Source: Lingula anatina (lineage: Eukaryota > Animalia > Brachiopoda). From it: a DNA stretch of 64,000 nt. A model generated the notes under the pieces. The model was given only the letters and a program-made list of their open reading frames with translations, had not been told where the DNA came from and searched no databases. This document shows positions 51,779 through 64,000 of the stretch, piece after piece (position 1 is the first letter of the stretch; each line of letters opens with the position of its first letter). The translations under genes were made by a program, and so were the position numbers. The stretch lies in the NCBI GenBank assembly GCA_051362555.1, contig CM120642.1, positions 20,646,001 to 20,710,000 on the forward strand. Direction: 5' to 3'.

Positions 51779-54700
51779 TAGTCGAGTAGCCAGAACGCTA
51801 ACCCTGCAATGTTTTTTCCTGTAAACTTTTTTTGCTGAAATGCATTCTTTAGGTTGAGAGAAGCAAAATTAGCTTGGTTGCTATTTCCGAGACACTGAGC
51901 ATTTTTCAATATGGCCGTCAATTTATGACAAAAATAGAAAAAAGCCCAGAAGTCACTGGGTAAACTTCATTGACAGCTTTTTTGAACGTGTATCCTATCA
52001 GGAGAGCACAACAGTACTAGTGAATACACTTAAGCCCGTTACATATAGCAAAAAAAAAAAAAAGCCAAAATGGCCGTCAAAACATACGGCAGAATGTGAA
52101 AAAAGCTGCAAAATAAGTTCGTTTTTTTTTTTTTTAATTTAGTCTTATTAAAAACATATCTGCCTTTTCTATCCATTATAATAATTTGTTAGTCATGATC
52201 CTAAACTCTCAGAAACTGCTTATTTGACATTAATCAGATGGTGGCAGACGGTGCCATCTCCTGAGAGTCCATATGCCATTCGACGAGCCCCATAATCAAA
52301 GCTTGCTTTGTTATATGTTGCAAGCTTTTTTAAAAGAAATCATTTCATCTGGGTTACAAAACTTAGAGAAGCTTATAAGCTTGACTTTATTTGCCAGATG
52401 ATACATACGAGATATTGATAATTTTTCAAAATTCAAGATGGCCGTCAATTTGTTATATGAATAGCGAGAGCCATACATTCAAATAAAAAATTTGATGCTT
52501 CACTTCATTGTTCATCATTGCATAGTTATGTTTATATACATGCAAAGTGCGATCATTTATTTAATTTTTGCAAGTTATTTTAATAAAAATGGCCTCCAAA
52601 ACATAATGGAAGGGCAAAGAAACAACTGTAAAACTACAAGGCTTTTAACTGAAATAGACTTTAACTGGAACAAATATAAATACATATATAAAGTAAAAAA
52701 CGATATACCTGCGTTCAAAACATAGCACACTATAAAACATATTTTAAGGTTAAATGATACGAAAAACGAAAACCATTATGTCCGTCAATGCTACTCTATG
52801 ATCAAACCAAACATTGGTAGCGGATATCTCAGTCCTGACAACTAGGTTTTCATTCTAAATCAAAAATTACATCGTGGATGATTTAATGAAAGGCATTATC
52901 ATTCTAGTATGTGTAAACTAAATCATTCTGAAATAAAAAAAATGCGCCAAATCTTTTTTCTTCAGGTTTGACTATTCTTATCCTTTTTTTTTTTTTGTAA
53001 ACTTTTTAAATATTTTAACACCTATGGGTAAAGGCATTTTTGTTGTTTAATAATGAATTTTATTATAAATAATCAGGATCCAAGCAGGGGTATACAAACC
53101 CAGCGGTAAGGGCCCATGAGGTCAGCTATTCTTGACAACATGACATGGTTCGGGGATATGCGAGGGCTACCCATCGACATCATGTATTTGAAATGTTGTT
53201 TTTGCCAATTTATACTTACAGATAATGAAAGCTTTGAGACAGGAATGTATGCATTTTTCTACTTGTAGGGTAGATGTAATTATTTATTGTGGATTTATTG
53301 ATGACTTAGTGCTCGGGTAGTTAAGATAATGATGAGTTGTAATGTTGACATGGTTCATTGCACATGGGTAAGCTTTTTTTTTTTTTTTTTTTTTTTGCAA
53401 AAATGGACCAGGACCAAATACACATTGAGCAATACTCAGTGGGCACCTGCACATTTTGAGGATTGGTTTTGGAGGCCTATAAAGGCCCAAAAAAGGCCAC
53501 CCATGTTGTTAGTCGAGTGAACAGAATCATGCCATGTCTATCATGTGAACAACGTACATCTCTGGGCACTGGGTGTGAGGGGAGTCTGATTTGAGCTATA
53601 ATGTAGGGGCTGTTCCCACCCCACAATCAGGAACCTGGTTGAATGCCACAACATGCCAGGCTCTGTAAGCCATATACCGCAGCCTGGGCGAGAGAGTGTC
53701 AACTCCAGACCAGGATCGCTACATCAGGTTGCATCAGCTGTGGGACCAATTTCGCCAACCGGAGCAGCAGCCCCACTGTGCGTCGACGCTTGCTGGGGGT
53801 CAACCGATGGTGGTCGTTGATGGCAACATACCAGTAAGTGCTCGTCACTACATAGATCAGATTCTGCAAACTCACATGACCTCGTTCATCCAGCAGAAAA
53901 CTGGTACCACCGTTACCCAACAGGACAAGACCCGTTCACATTCGGCACAAATGATCCAAGCGTACCTGGAGTCCCAAGGGTGGATGTCCTACCCCGGTCT
54001 GTCTCATCTCCAGATATGTATCCGATTAAACACTTGTGGTACTACATATATCTTGGCCGTCCGTTGGCCAAGGCAGCAGCTGATCCAGGCACTATGACAA
54101 GGCTGGAATAGGATTTCGCACGACACCATCCCATCCACACTTATTGTCCGAACATGCGCCAACAGATTGCCGCCTGCATCGAAGCAAGCGGAGATCGTAC
54201 CGGCTATTGACTATTGTAACTTTGTGTTGGGCTGGTGCCATTTTTGTTTTGAAAATATTCATGAAACTTAAGATTTTATGGTTCTGTATACCAATGTCCT
54301 AAACAAATTATTCATATGAAAATAATCCAGTTTAGTGCTTCAAAATAAAAATTATTTTGAAAAATATGGCCTGAAAGATTTTAATGGCTGTCAGTATATA
54401 ACCAAAAGATTTTGGACTCCCTGTGCCCAAATTCCTGCAGAACCTCCTGTTGGCCCTTGATTAACTTTTCATCAGATTGAGCCTGTATTAAAAAGAGAAC
54501 TTACATAATGGTCAGCATTATCCTCTTTTATAGTCTTAGTTTAACTGTACCTTTCAAGTACACTTTGTCAATAAATAAAAGGGTTTGATATATATTTTAT
54601 GCCGAATTATCAGTTTAAAGTGTAATTTAACTGATTTTTTTACCTTTTTGGGCATGTTTTAGCGGTCATTTGAAATGCGGAATACCATCCACTTTAAAAC

Positions 54701-55418
54701 CGACTCTTTGCTATGTTACATAATTATTTATTTATTATATAATGATATTATAATATATTTCTTATTGACGGCCATCTTGAATTTTGAAAATTGATCAATG
54801 TTCTGTATGTAGCCACTGCCAAGAAAGCCCAAATCAAAATGGCTTTTATACCCCCCAAGCATTAAATTCTTTTAAAAATTTCAGGGAATAACATTCTAAG
54901 TATTTGACTAGGGGACCCAGGGAAGTAGCAAACAGATTCTTGGGGGGGGGTTATTGAATTGTCAGATAAAGTGATTCCAAGAGTTTAGGATCATGACTAA
55001 CAAAATATTATAATTAACATAAATATAAAAAGGGGATATGGTTTTAATAAAAATAAATACGCAAAAAACAAACTGATTCTGCAGCTTTTATCATCTTCTG
55101 CCTTATGTTTTGACGGCCATTTTGGTTTTTTTGCTGAGTGGTACGCGATTAAGCGTATTCACTAGTACTGTTGTGCTCTCCTGATAGGATACACGTTCAA
55201 AAAAGTTGTCAATAAAGTTTATCCGGCGACTTCTGGTCGTTTTTCTATTTTTCCTCATAAATTGACGGCCATATTGAAAAATGCTCAAGGTCTCGGAAAT
55301 AGCAACCAAGCTAATTTTGCTTCTCCTGGCCTGAAGAATGCATTTCAGCAAAAAAAGTTTACAGGAAAGAACATTGCAGGGTTCGACTATTGGGCCTATG
55401 GGACTGGCGACTCGACTA
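51779..55418. mobile_element. Academ-like non-autonomous DNA transposon (~3.6 kb)
   Basis: Termini TAGTCGAGTAGCCAG ... CTGGCGACTCGACTA; inverted repeats of more than 400 bp (51779-~52220 versus ~54970-55418); 3-bp TSD TTA on both sides. Confidence 0.8.
53213..54396 (+). mobile_element. Decayed Tc1/mariner element nested in the Academ-like element
   Basis: TA-flanked imperfect TIRs TACTTACAGATAATGAAAG / ATTTTTAATGGCTGTCAGTA. Frameshifted transposase remnants: TPDQDRYIRL, VVDGN...ARHYIDQIL, QQDKTRSH (cf. QQDNARPH), SPDMYPIKHLW (cf. SPDLNPIEHLW). Confidence 0.8.
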
Positions 55419-56141
55419 TTAAAAGAGTTCCGCTGTCATATCGCCATATCATATTTTTTCCAGAGAGATCTAGTTCCAGTATCTTAAAGATTTATGGAAT
55501 ATTTTGGGGACGTGGTCTTCATGGACACAAACCTCGATTTAAAGGTCCTTTCACTTGCGACAGCAAGGTAAATGGAAATCTACTTTGGGTACGTGGTCTT
55601 TACAGTATCTGTGGCATAAAAAAGTGACAATAATTGTCGAAGCCAAGATATTTTCATATCTTAAGCATGGTTAAGGCCTAGGCCCTATAGATGGTTTCTG
55701 GAAAGCGCAAAGGGGGAATTTATTAAAAGCAAGCAATAAGGGTCAAATAACGTGCTTCGAGACAGGTATCGGAAAGGCGTGATTTTCATTGAAAGCGACA
55801 CTTTAGACCTTGACCACTGCCAATCGCAAGAAGATTCAAATATAAATTGACACCGAGGTTTCTCGACTCAGTTATGTTTCTTGTGTTGCAGTGTACGAGG
55901 ATCTCTTACTACATCGACTAGACCTAGATACCTATAGTTGCTCATGTATATAGGCCCCTAGTGTTACTGAAATTATAAATTCATTGAAAACGTTTTAAAA
56001 TTGTTTAATTCAAAGTCGTTTTACGTGGCGGTCGACAATACTGTGATGTAAAATTTCCCACAGATGGGTGACAGGTAGCCTATAGAGCGATCTCTCTAGG
56101 CGGCCTCGTTTTGGGCTCGCGCCATATTGGTAGACCGGAAA

Positions 56142-56342
56142 ATGGCGTCGAGCACGATTAACATGAGGAGAGTTAGGGTGAAAGATACGAAGACAAACGC
56201 CGTTTCAAATCAGGAAAACAACTTTCACAGTTATAAGTTAAGTCTACCTGCACCAGAAAGGAAGAGGTATGAGGACAAGTTGGGCATTATAGACGGTAAA
56301 GACCCATATGAAACTACCACATGGTCAACAGACGCTCAAGAA
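56142..56342 (+). pseudogene. N-terminal fragment of the ISL2EU second ORF (normally a YqaJ-exonuclease-containing protein)
   Basis: MASSTINM...YKLSLPAPERKRYEDKLGIIDGKDPYETTTWSTD matches the RY..KL..I.G.DPY...W start that I recall for ISL2EU ORF2. Coding character stops abruptly and runs into AT-rich sequence. Confidence 0.6.
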
Positions 56343-57422
56343 TTTGAACTGAATTTTGTTTGCTTTTTTTTACTAGTCCAAGTATTACTCAGATTGTAAA
56401 ATTGTGGTTTTGCACAGATTAGATAGCTTTATACTTGGTGGTACTTATGCATAGACGTGTCTTGACTCAAGAATGGGAACTTTCATTATATGTGAAATCA
56501 TATTCTGTACCATGGAAATGTGATTATACTTACCAGTGTGATTTTTTTTTTCTGTGCTTAGTGTCATTTTGCTTAAATGTGAGGAATTGGTCAAAATGTG
56601 AACTTGTATGTGCAATTGCATTTAGTACTTACACTTTTTTTTTTTTTTTTTTTTTTTGTATTTCCAGTTCATGGATGTGATATTGTGCATAAATGTGTTA
56701 ATGCTCAGGAATTTAAACTGAATTTTTATATGTGTATATTTTTAATTAGTCATAGTAGTACCTAGAATGATGTTGTGATTTTGTACAAACTTTATATCGG
56801 AATTTTGCATTTTCCTGTCCTTTTACATTTGTAAGAAAGGTATTTGCTTTAGTTCGTTAAGTTGTAATTTTGGTGCTGGGACTGCTACATTTTTTTTATT
56901 ACTGCTTGCCATAGTGTCAGACTCGAGCCCTTCCTGTAGATTTTATGATTGATTTGCCATGTTACTTGTCTTATATACAGCTGAACTGTTTAATTTTAAG
57001 TTTTATGAAGTTATATGTAAAATTTAATGAGAAATGGGTATATACCAACATCTCCACTGATGCTCAAGGGAATAATAAAATTTAATTTGCCATTTCTGTA
57101 ATAAGTGCAGTATGTACAATCCCATTATGTATTTATGTTCTGCAATACCCAGGTGTCTGCAAAAAGAAATATTAAAATGATGATGGTAATAAATGAATGA
57201 ATGAATAGAAATATGTTGTTCACAAATTTTATTTGATCTCATGACACATACCCAAGTTTAAACATTTGAGTAGCGGATGCAAATACATCCAATGATTTTC
57301 ACATAATTCTAAAGTGCTGCAAAATGACTTTCGATTGTATATCAATTTGAGATTACAAAAATGAATAACACTATATATGCTTTCTTAAAATTAACAATAT
57401 TTTAAGTTCCTTACAATTTCTT

Positions 57423-59260
57423 TTAATCAAATGGTACAACAGAATCACATAGATTTGTTAGTGCACAGCAGACTACAACTATTTTGTCAATTGTAAGAAC
57501 AGCATCATTCTTTGTTGCTGAAAAATAATCAATAGGTAACCTTGATTGTAATATAGTATACTTCTGACGAACAACTCCTATGACACGTTCAACATGAATT
57601 CTACTATTTGCTATTCTCCTTGTTTGCTCAACATCGTGTGCTCCTAACTGTGGTTTGCCCTTGGTAAAGGCGGGAATGTACAATTTTGCACACATGCTAC
57701 CCACACTATCCTGTATATCAAACCCCCGATCTGCTAAGACTACATCACCAGGCAAAAGTTTATTGAGTAAACCACAAGTTTCTGTTATGTGCTTATCACT
57801 AGCCCTGCCTCCATAGCCATCTGATATAAAGCTGACAACACCCTGCGGAGTGATACCTATCAAAAACTTTGCTGTATTGCTGTGTTTATAAGCAGACCAG
57901 GTCTCATTTCTGGCTTTAAGATTGGATGGACATTCCATTGGAATTTCAAAGCAATCTACAATAACAGCAACTTTAGTGTCAAAATGTTCACGAAAACTCA
58001 TGGGCATTGTTTTTTGAAGTTGCTCTCTTTCTGGCCAATAAATGAGAGGCAGTGAACAAGCATACAAAACACTCAAGACATTCTGAAATATTCTAGAACC
58101 TGTTGAATCAGATATGCCAAATCTTACAGCCAAGTCTTTGTTGCCCAGATTTAATCTCAACTTCATGAGCACCAAGATCAACTGCTGAAATTTGTTTAGT
58201 ATACTTTTGCATTGAATAATAATATCTGGTTCAACGTAATCAAATAAACACTTGAGAATATGGTAATTTTGCAGCCCAGTGTAATATCTAACCAACACAT
58301 CATCATTTTCAAAAAAAGCCATGTCGAATGTACATTTCTCATTAATTTGTTTCAGTTCTTCGTTTTCTTTTCGTAGTCTATATATTTCAGCATCTTTGGC
58401 ATCATATAACTTCATGTCATCATCTGTTTGACAAGCTGTTCCCGTCTCAGCTGGCAAGGGGTCTTCATGAAGGTCTTCTTGCGGGTCTTCTTGTGGGTCT
58501 TCTGGTGTGTCAAGTTCAGGGGCACTTTGCAATGACAGTAATGTTTCGGCTGCATCTTGCCTCTTCCGCTTCACAGATCTCTGGACTGACCGAGTGTATC
58601 TGTCAGAGGCAGACCCAGATAGCATGCTGTCACTTGGAGAAGTTCTACCCATGTTAACGGTTGGACCCAGTCAGGATTCAGATGGTCATACAAGCAGCTG
58701 GTTTATCTAGAAGACAAAAATATCTATGGGAAAAAAGATAATACACATGTCATATACTGAACCCATGAAAGAATATTTGTGTACTGAAAACGTGAAATGA
58801 TTTTTGTTTTCTGATTTTTTTACTGGTAATTACAAGCAATAATCAATTTTCACCATGATTATTTCCAATTAAGGCTATTAATCAATGCAAAATTGATCTG
58901 CATGCGGAAATAAAAAGCAAAAATGGCGTACTATGCACTTGTCAATTATACTTGAAACAGCAAGTACATATCACACAAAATACTTAAAAGAAACGATCAA
59001 ATATAAACATAACTACATTGCTTCACATATAACTTACCCATAAAGTGATCCGAACAAACACGAATGTGTTTGTAGCTTGATTCCTTGATATCTGCTCTCC
59101 CAATATTCGCAAGCCATTTTACACGTCTCGCAAGTGAGAGTTCTTTTGTCCTGTCCCCTTGATTGGCAATGACTTTTGGCAGCCTATAGTATGACCTGTT
59201 GTTTTCCTTGTTAGCACCATGTTTGTTTGAACAGCCATATACGGCACACATCGTCGGCAT
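57423..59260 (-). pseudogene. THAP + HTH + DDE_Tnp_4 transposase with two apparent 1-nt deletions at the start of exon 2
   Basis: Exon 1 (59260-59038) is a THAP domain (MPTMCAVYGCSN...W...RVCSDHF). Exon 2 starts at 58706; the expected [21 protein letters not shown] is read only with two frameshifts. The downstream 409-codon ORF has an intact triad: [23 protein letters not shown]. Confidence 0.85.
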
Positions 59261-59641
59261 TTTAAAGCAAATAGTGAAAATCGACCGGTGCTACCGCTAT
59301 GTTGCTTCCGACTACCAATATGGCGACGCTAGGACACGCGGGAAAAATGATGACGTCATAATTAGTTCGCTCTATAGATTCGTCCATGTTAACAAAATTT
59401 AAATGCCCCACTCTGACCCATATCTATCATCAGTTTCTCCAATTGTTTTCTTCAATGTTAAGTCACCGGTGCTTCTTATATCCGCCAAATGATCGTGCAT
59501 ACACGCCTCCCGTTCTTGGGACGTCATTGAAACCTTGGATGGGTCTTATCTTGTACAGGTGAAGTCCCATCCGGCCATTTTGAATCTAAGGTAAACAGTT
59601 ACAGCAGTTCTCCGAGAAATATAAAAGAAAAGCGGGCCAAT

Positions 59642-59682
59642 ATGAATGTAGAAGATGACTTTGAAGAATACATGGGAAAACA

Positions 59683-59774
<92 letters not shown>

Positions 59775-62702
59775 ATTAGATGGCCGAAGATATGTGAAAA
59801 GACAAAACTGAGAAAGATCAGTCTTTAGGCCTCAAAATATTTGACTCTGATACTAGTATACCGTTTATACATGCCCCATTGTATTTAATATAGTTTAACA
59901 AATGGATTTTTAATTGGCTCTGTGCAGTACATGTAAAGATCAATTTATAAATTGATTGCCCCTGTTGAAGGAGTATAAGCAGAAAGCTTGGACGTTTTTT
60001 TTTATTTCTTTATTTTTAAAATTAGTCTATCAATAAAAATGTATTTGATATGTCCATAGTACTAGTAAACATGAATGATATAATTATGCAACACAAGAAA
60101 ATGACTTGATTGCTGCGATCACACTAATTGCACAGTGACCAGTTTAACTTGATGTCTCTGAAGAAGTTAATGGAATAATTGGAATGAAATTCAATGTTTT
60201 CTCTTCCCACAGAGCCTGAGCCTGAGGTGCGACCACAGCGACTGTCACTGCACATGATTGTCAGGAGACACCTGCCGCCTGAAGCTGCTGACTGGCCACA
60301 GGACCTCATGTAAGCACAGTGGTACACAGTGCACTTGGAAATAGTCAGCATCTGAGTGCATTGTTGAAAACACTGAAGCTTTCTGGTATATTAATGAATA
60401 GAGCAGCACATTGTAATGTACTAGGGTACTAGTAAAAAAATTATTAAAAGCACTTGATGAATGGAACTGATAAGAATGAGACTTCAGACAAATTATGCAT
60501 TTTGCCTTTCAGTGTGGAGTCACTAAACAAAATCACCCATCTGAGGTTAGACAGAGAGAATATTGGAGACATTGATGGTCTAGAACTTCTGGGGAAGTCT
60601 GTCACCAACGTCTATCTGCAGCAGGTAGGATTATAACAATATTTACATGAAGCAAACTTTATTTGGAAGAAAGTAAAAAAGACAGTGGATTCCATTTCTT
60701 TCATGTTTGCTTTTTGAGGAAAAAAATCCCTCCTTTTTGTTGAATTAATTTTGCAGTAGAAAATACTTAGACAACAGTAGCTCCTAGCAAGTTATTTGAA
60801 TGGGGTGACATTTTCTATAGTTAAACATACACTTTATCATTTCTAGATTAAATTTTTTTCATTTGCAAAGATTTGCTATTGTAGTTGAAAGTAGCCTAAC
60901 GATTGATCATTCTGGCAAAAGGAACACAAAGAACTCACTCTGTACTTGTAGAGCTATGTTAATTACTGAAAACTTTTCCATAATTTACATTCCATCCTTA
61001 ACCTGCTCACTATGAGAAGCTAATGACTTTTTTAATTCATACCATGTTGCCACTGACTTTTCTTAAGGTGAGCTGTGTTTTTCTTTCAATATAATTTTGA
61101 TTCATAATGATTTTTGTTTTCAGAACAAAATCAAGAGAATTGAGAACCTTGATTGTCTCCATTCTCTGCGTTTCCTCACTTTAGCTGGAAATAAGATCAG
61201 GACAATAGAAAATCTGATGTGTTTGCCAAAGCTGGCATTTCTTGATCTGTCTGAAAACTTGATAGAGACCCTGGATGTAGGTACGTCACCCCCTAACTAT
61301 TGTAACATAGTCTGGCTGTGGCTGGGACTATCTGTAAACAGAGTACATATTGCATGTACTTGTTACAGAGAAATATCTTAAGAAAGATGCACCTAGATAT
61401 AAGTGAAAACAGTTCAGTCCATTTGAAATTTAGTTGTGAGCTAGGAACTCGGAAATATTTCATGGTCCTAGTTTTAAGACAGGGAGCATAATTTATGAAT
61501 TTATGGTAATGTTATGATGTACAAAGGAAAACTCTATTATCAAGCACATTTACAATGCATTTGAATAACTTGCTTAAAATCTTTGACAAAGGAATTATTT
61601 TATCACTTCTAGAGGAATTACCGCAGTCCTTGATAATCCTGTCCCTAAAAGAGAACCAATGTACCTCAGAAGATGGCTACAGGTATGTGTACTGCTGTCA
61701 CTGGTAATAGACAACTTGAGAAATTACAGAGTACTGTTTCTGGAAGTCAGTACAACCACATCACATTAATATAATATTTAATTGATAAGTTATTTGCTTC
61801 TTTCCTTTTTTGAAGGATTTAGATATTTTTTTACACGTGTGAGACTACTATTATAATAAAAAGTTATGCTGACTTTTGAAACCATGCCTGTCTGTATTAC
61901 AACACCAGGCCTCGGTTGATAAAAGAACTGCCCAAACTGCGCCAGCTGGATGGAGTGGAGGTCAGGACATCTGAGAAGAGGGCTGTGGGTTATGTTATAT
62001 CCAGTGATGAGGAGGAAGAGGAAGAGGAGGAAGAAGAAGAAAACAATGTTGATGCTGCTGCTGATGTTGAACACACCATAGAGCAAATCAAAGGTTATTT
62101 TATGTGAACATTATGAAATAGAGAAGCTGCTTCAGTTTTTTTGCCGATAGGTTTGGTTTGTGATTTTATGTGGGGAAAAAATTATACTTTTTGCCCTTAA
62201 AGGCTTGAAATATGTAGGTATTTATTGAGTGCAAAAAAAAATTATCTCTGATGTGGCTGTTTACTAAGTCAAACTGTTTTTATAAAGTCATTATGCCAAA
62301 GGGATAATTAAAAGGCTCATATGCCTTAAGAAAGAAATGTTATGTTGATATAAATAGGTATTTCATCTTATTCCAGGTGTCTTCAAAACACTCACCTCAG
62401 ATATGTTGTTAAGATCACAGCAGCGTCTTGAAGACACACTTAAAGAACACAAACTTCATAATGTAGAACTTGAAGCAATCCGCTGCCAGTCTGCAATACC
62501 AGAGTTGGCTAGCTCAAGGGCATCTAACATGTCTGATAGCAGAATTCCAAGTGCACTATCCACAGGCTCAAGGTCATCAACAGGAGTATCTGGGTCAAGG
62601 TCACCATTAGCTCACCCAGTGTCACCAACTAGTCGCTCTGGATCAAGATTGGGATCACAAGGAAGCCCTCTCCCACCAATTCCAACTCAGAGCGAGAGGT
62701 AG
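59642..62702 (+). CDS. LRRC46: Leucine-rich repeat-containing protein 46, 7 exons, 329 aa
   Basis: Exons 59642-59684, 60213-60309, 60513-60624, 61124-61280, 61613-61682, 61909-62093, 62377-62702 (990 nt, phases agree). LRLDRENI, NKIKRIENL..LHSLRFLTLAGNKI, FLDLSENLIETL, ELPQSLIILSLKENQCTSEDGYR...LPKLRQLDG and MLLRSQQR match vertebrate LRRC46 as I recall it. Exon 1 is the least certain. Confidence 0.88.
59686..59769. repeat. (TC)n microsatellite starting at +2 of the proposed LRRC46 intron 1 donor
   Basis: CAAG|GT followed directly by about 41 CT units. Confidence 0.95.
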
Positions 62703-64000
62703 TAGACCTTACATCTATCGCGTTACCGCAGTGCACCATTTACCCAGTAAATCACATGCTCACAAACACAGCATGTCTGCAAGCAGAGGAAGGTCTACTG
62801 TTTTTGCCCTGTTTAAGGCAGTAAACAAGACCACACTCCATGTCGCAGAACTTGGTTGAACAGTGTGCCAAGTATAATGCACCTGACTGTTCTCTTGTCT
62901 GCGTTCTTAAGATTTTTTTCATAAGTGGAGTGCAAAAATTCAGAGGCAGCTCTCGAGAAATATTGAGTACATTTTTTGTAGTTGTTTTATGCCAGAGCTA
63001 AGATGCAGGTTTTTCATCTTAATGGAATTTTAATTTTATAAGTGTTTTTGTCTCAGTTAAAACATTATGGCAAGTATTATTTCTGTGTTTGCAAGCGAAA
63101 ATTAACATTTGACAATCGGTTAATTAATATCCAATTTGATGAAAAAAAAATAGAATGAAAAAATGTAAGAATACATGCATACTTGTAATTACCAACTGTT
63201 CTCTTTATTAACAACTGAAACACAGCACTGTAACACTGTCGAGGCTAATAACAAGTACTACAACGTTGAAATTTACAGCCATTTTTCGTTTTTGAACAGC
63301 CTTTTTAGCTTTTTTAAATAACTTGAAAACTCCCCTGAAGCAGAGTAAGCACCTGTGACCAGCTGGCCATCAGAATGTATGGCCTTGTTATGTACATGAC
63401 TGTCACAGTATATACATGGCAATATTACAGTTGATGTTTGTGTATAATTGACTTGAAACATTGACAGCACAAATGTTTCACTCAAACTAAGATTTCAGAG
63501 CAGCCGAAGTTTTCATGCTAACTTAAACAGTTATTTCCGTTTTAATGATTGTGGAAATACAACTTATTTTTACAAATAATGATGGTTGGAAAAGAAGAAA
63601 CAAACAAACTTTCTGATATACAGACTTTATGATTCTTTTGATGACATATAAAAGTTAATAAATTACACTGCTTAAGAATTATCTCTACACCAAAAGCAGT
63701 CAATTTTCACTGTTTAGACTATTATGACGGCTTTCACATTGCATTTGCAACCTGTAATTTAGAGAGAAATATACCCAGTTGTATGACAGGTATTGTTATT
63801 AAATAGAATGTTTGTACTGCACATTAAATTATTTATTGAATAGTTCGCACATGTGGGGAGAGATCAACAGAGAATGGGCCTATTTTGTTCATTTACCAGT
63901 CAATCACTGGTGATTAAATTGCTTTAATTATTTACTGAGTGGTCTAGATTGAAGCATCCAGAGTATACACATCCCTTGACTATATTTCAAGATCATTTAC

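Larger units (their letters stand above)
56084..59373 (-). mobile_element. ISL2EU (PIF/Harbinger-related) DNA transposon, internally deleted
   Basis: Short TIRs AGAGCGA...TCGCTCT with an AT TSD in a CTATAG target. Subterminal inverted motif CGCCATATTGGTAG(A)CCGGAA lies upstream of both ORFs. Convergent THAP-DDE transposase and a truncated second ORF. Confidence 0.85.

Noticed and set aside
56064-56074. ATGGGTGACAG|GT as LRRC46 exon 1, which would put the ISL2EU element in an intron
   Set aside because: Phase 2 gives an immediate stop in exon 2. The exon at 59642-59684 has the required phase 1.
59586-59771. (RE)n ORF, and likewise the poly-K/poly-F ORFs at 46438-46785 and (CV)n ORFs at 14936-19089
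   Set aside because: Translations of microsatellites and homopolymers.

Overview
AT-rich, intron-containing eukaryotic DNA from an animal, probably a mollusc or other lophotrochozoan (inference). Four spliced protein-coding genes were reconstructed by hand with GT-AG junctions and consistent phases. (1) An 8-exon anion-selective Cys-loop channel subunit of the glycine receptor/GluCl group (minus strand, 4113-17100, 400 aa). (2) A 22-exon, ~1110-aa protein whose domain order I do not recognise (plus strand, 30824-45677): tandem CCCH zinc fingers, a charged coiled coil, three exon-duplicated acidic modules resembling SRCAP/MIER1 motifs, a helical region, a SHI/STY-like zinc finger and Cys-containing LRRs. 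(3) A 2-exon secreted 424-aa Pro/Lys/Gly/Arg repeat protein (47380-50678). (4) LRRC46 (59642-62702, 329 aa). Introns and intergenic DNA hold many DNA transposons: a decayed ISL2EU element, two Academ-like non-autonomous elements, a Tc1 remnant, Harbinger- and Mutator-type MITEs, and a 3-kb long-TIR element inserted inside a splice donor of the channel gene. Gene 2 and the secreted repeat protein are the best candidates for something undescribed. All homology calls come from motif recognition by eye and from memory; no searches were run.
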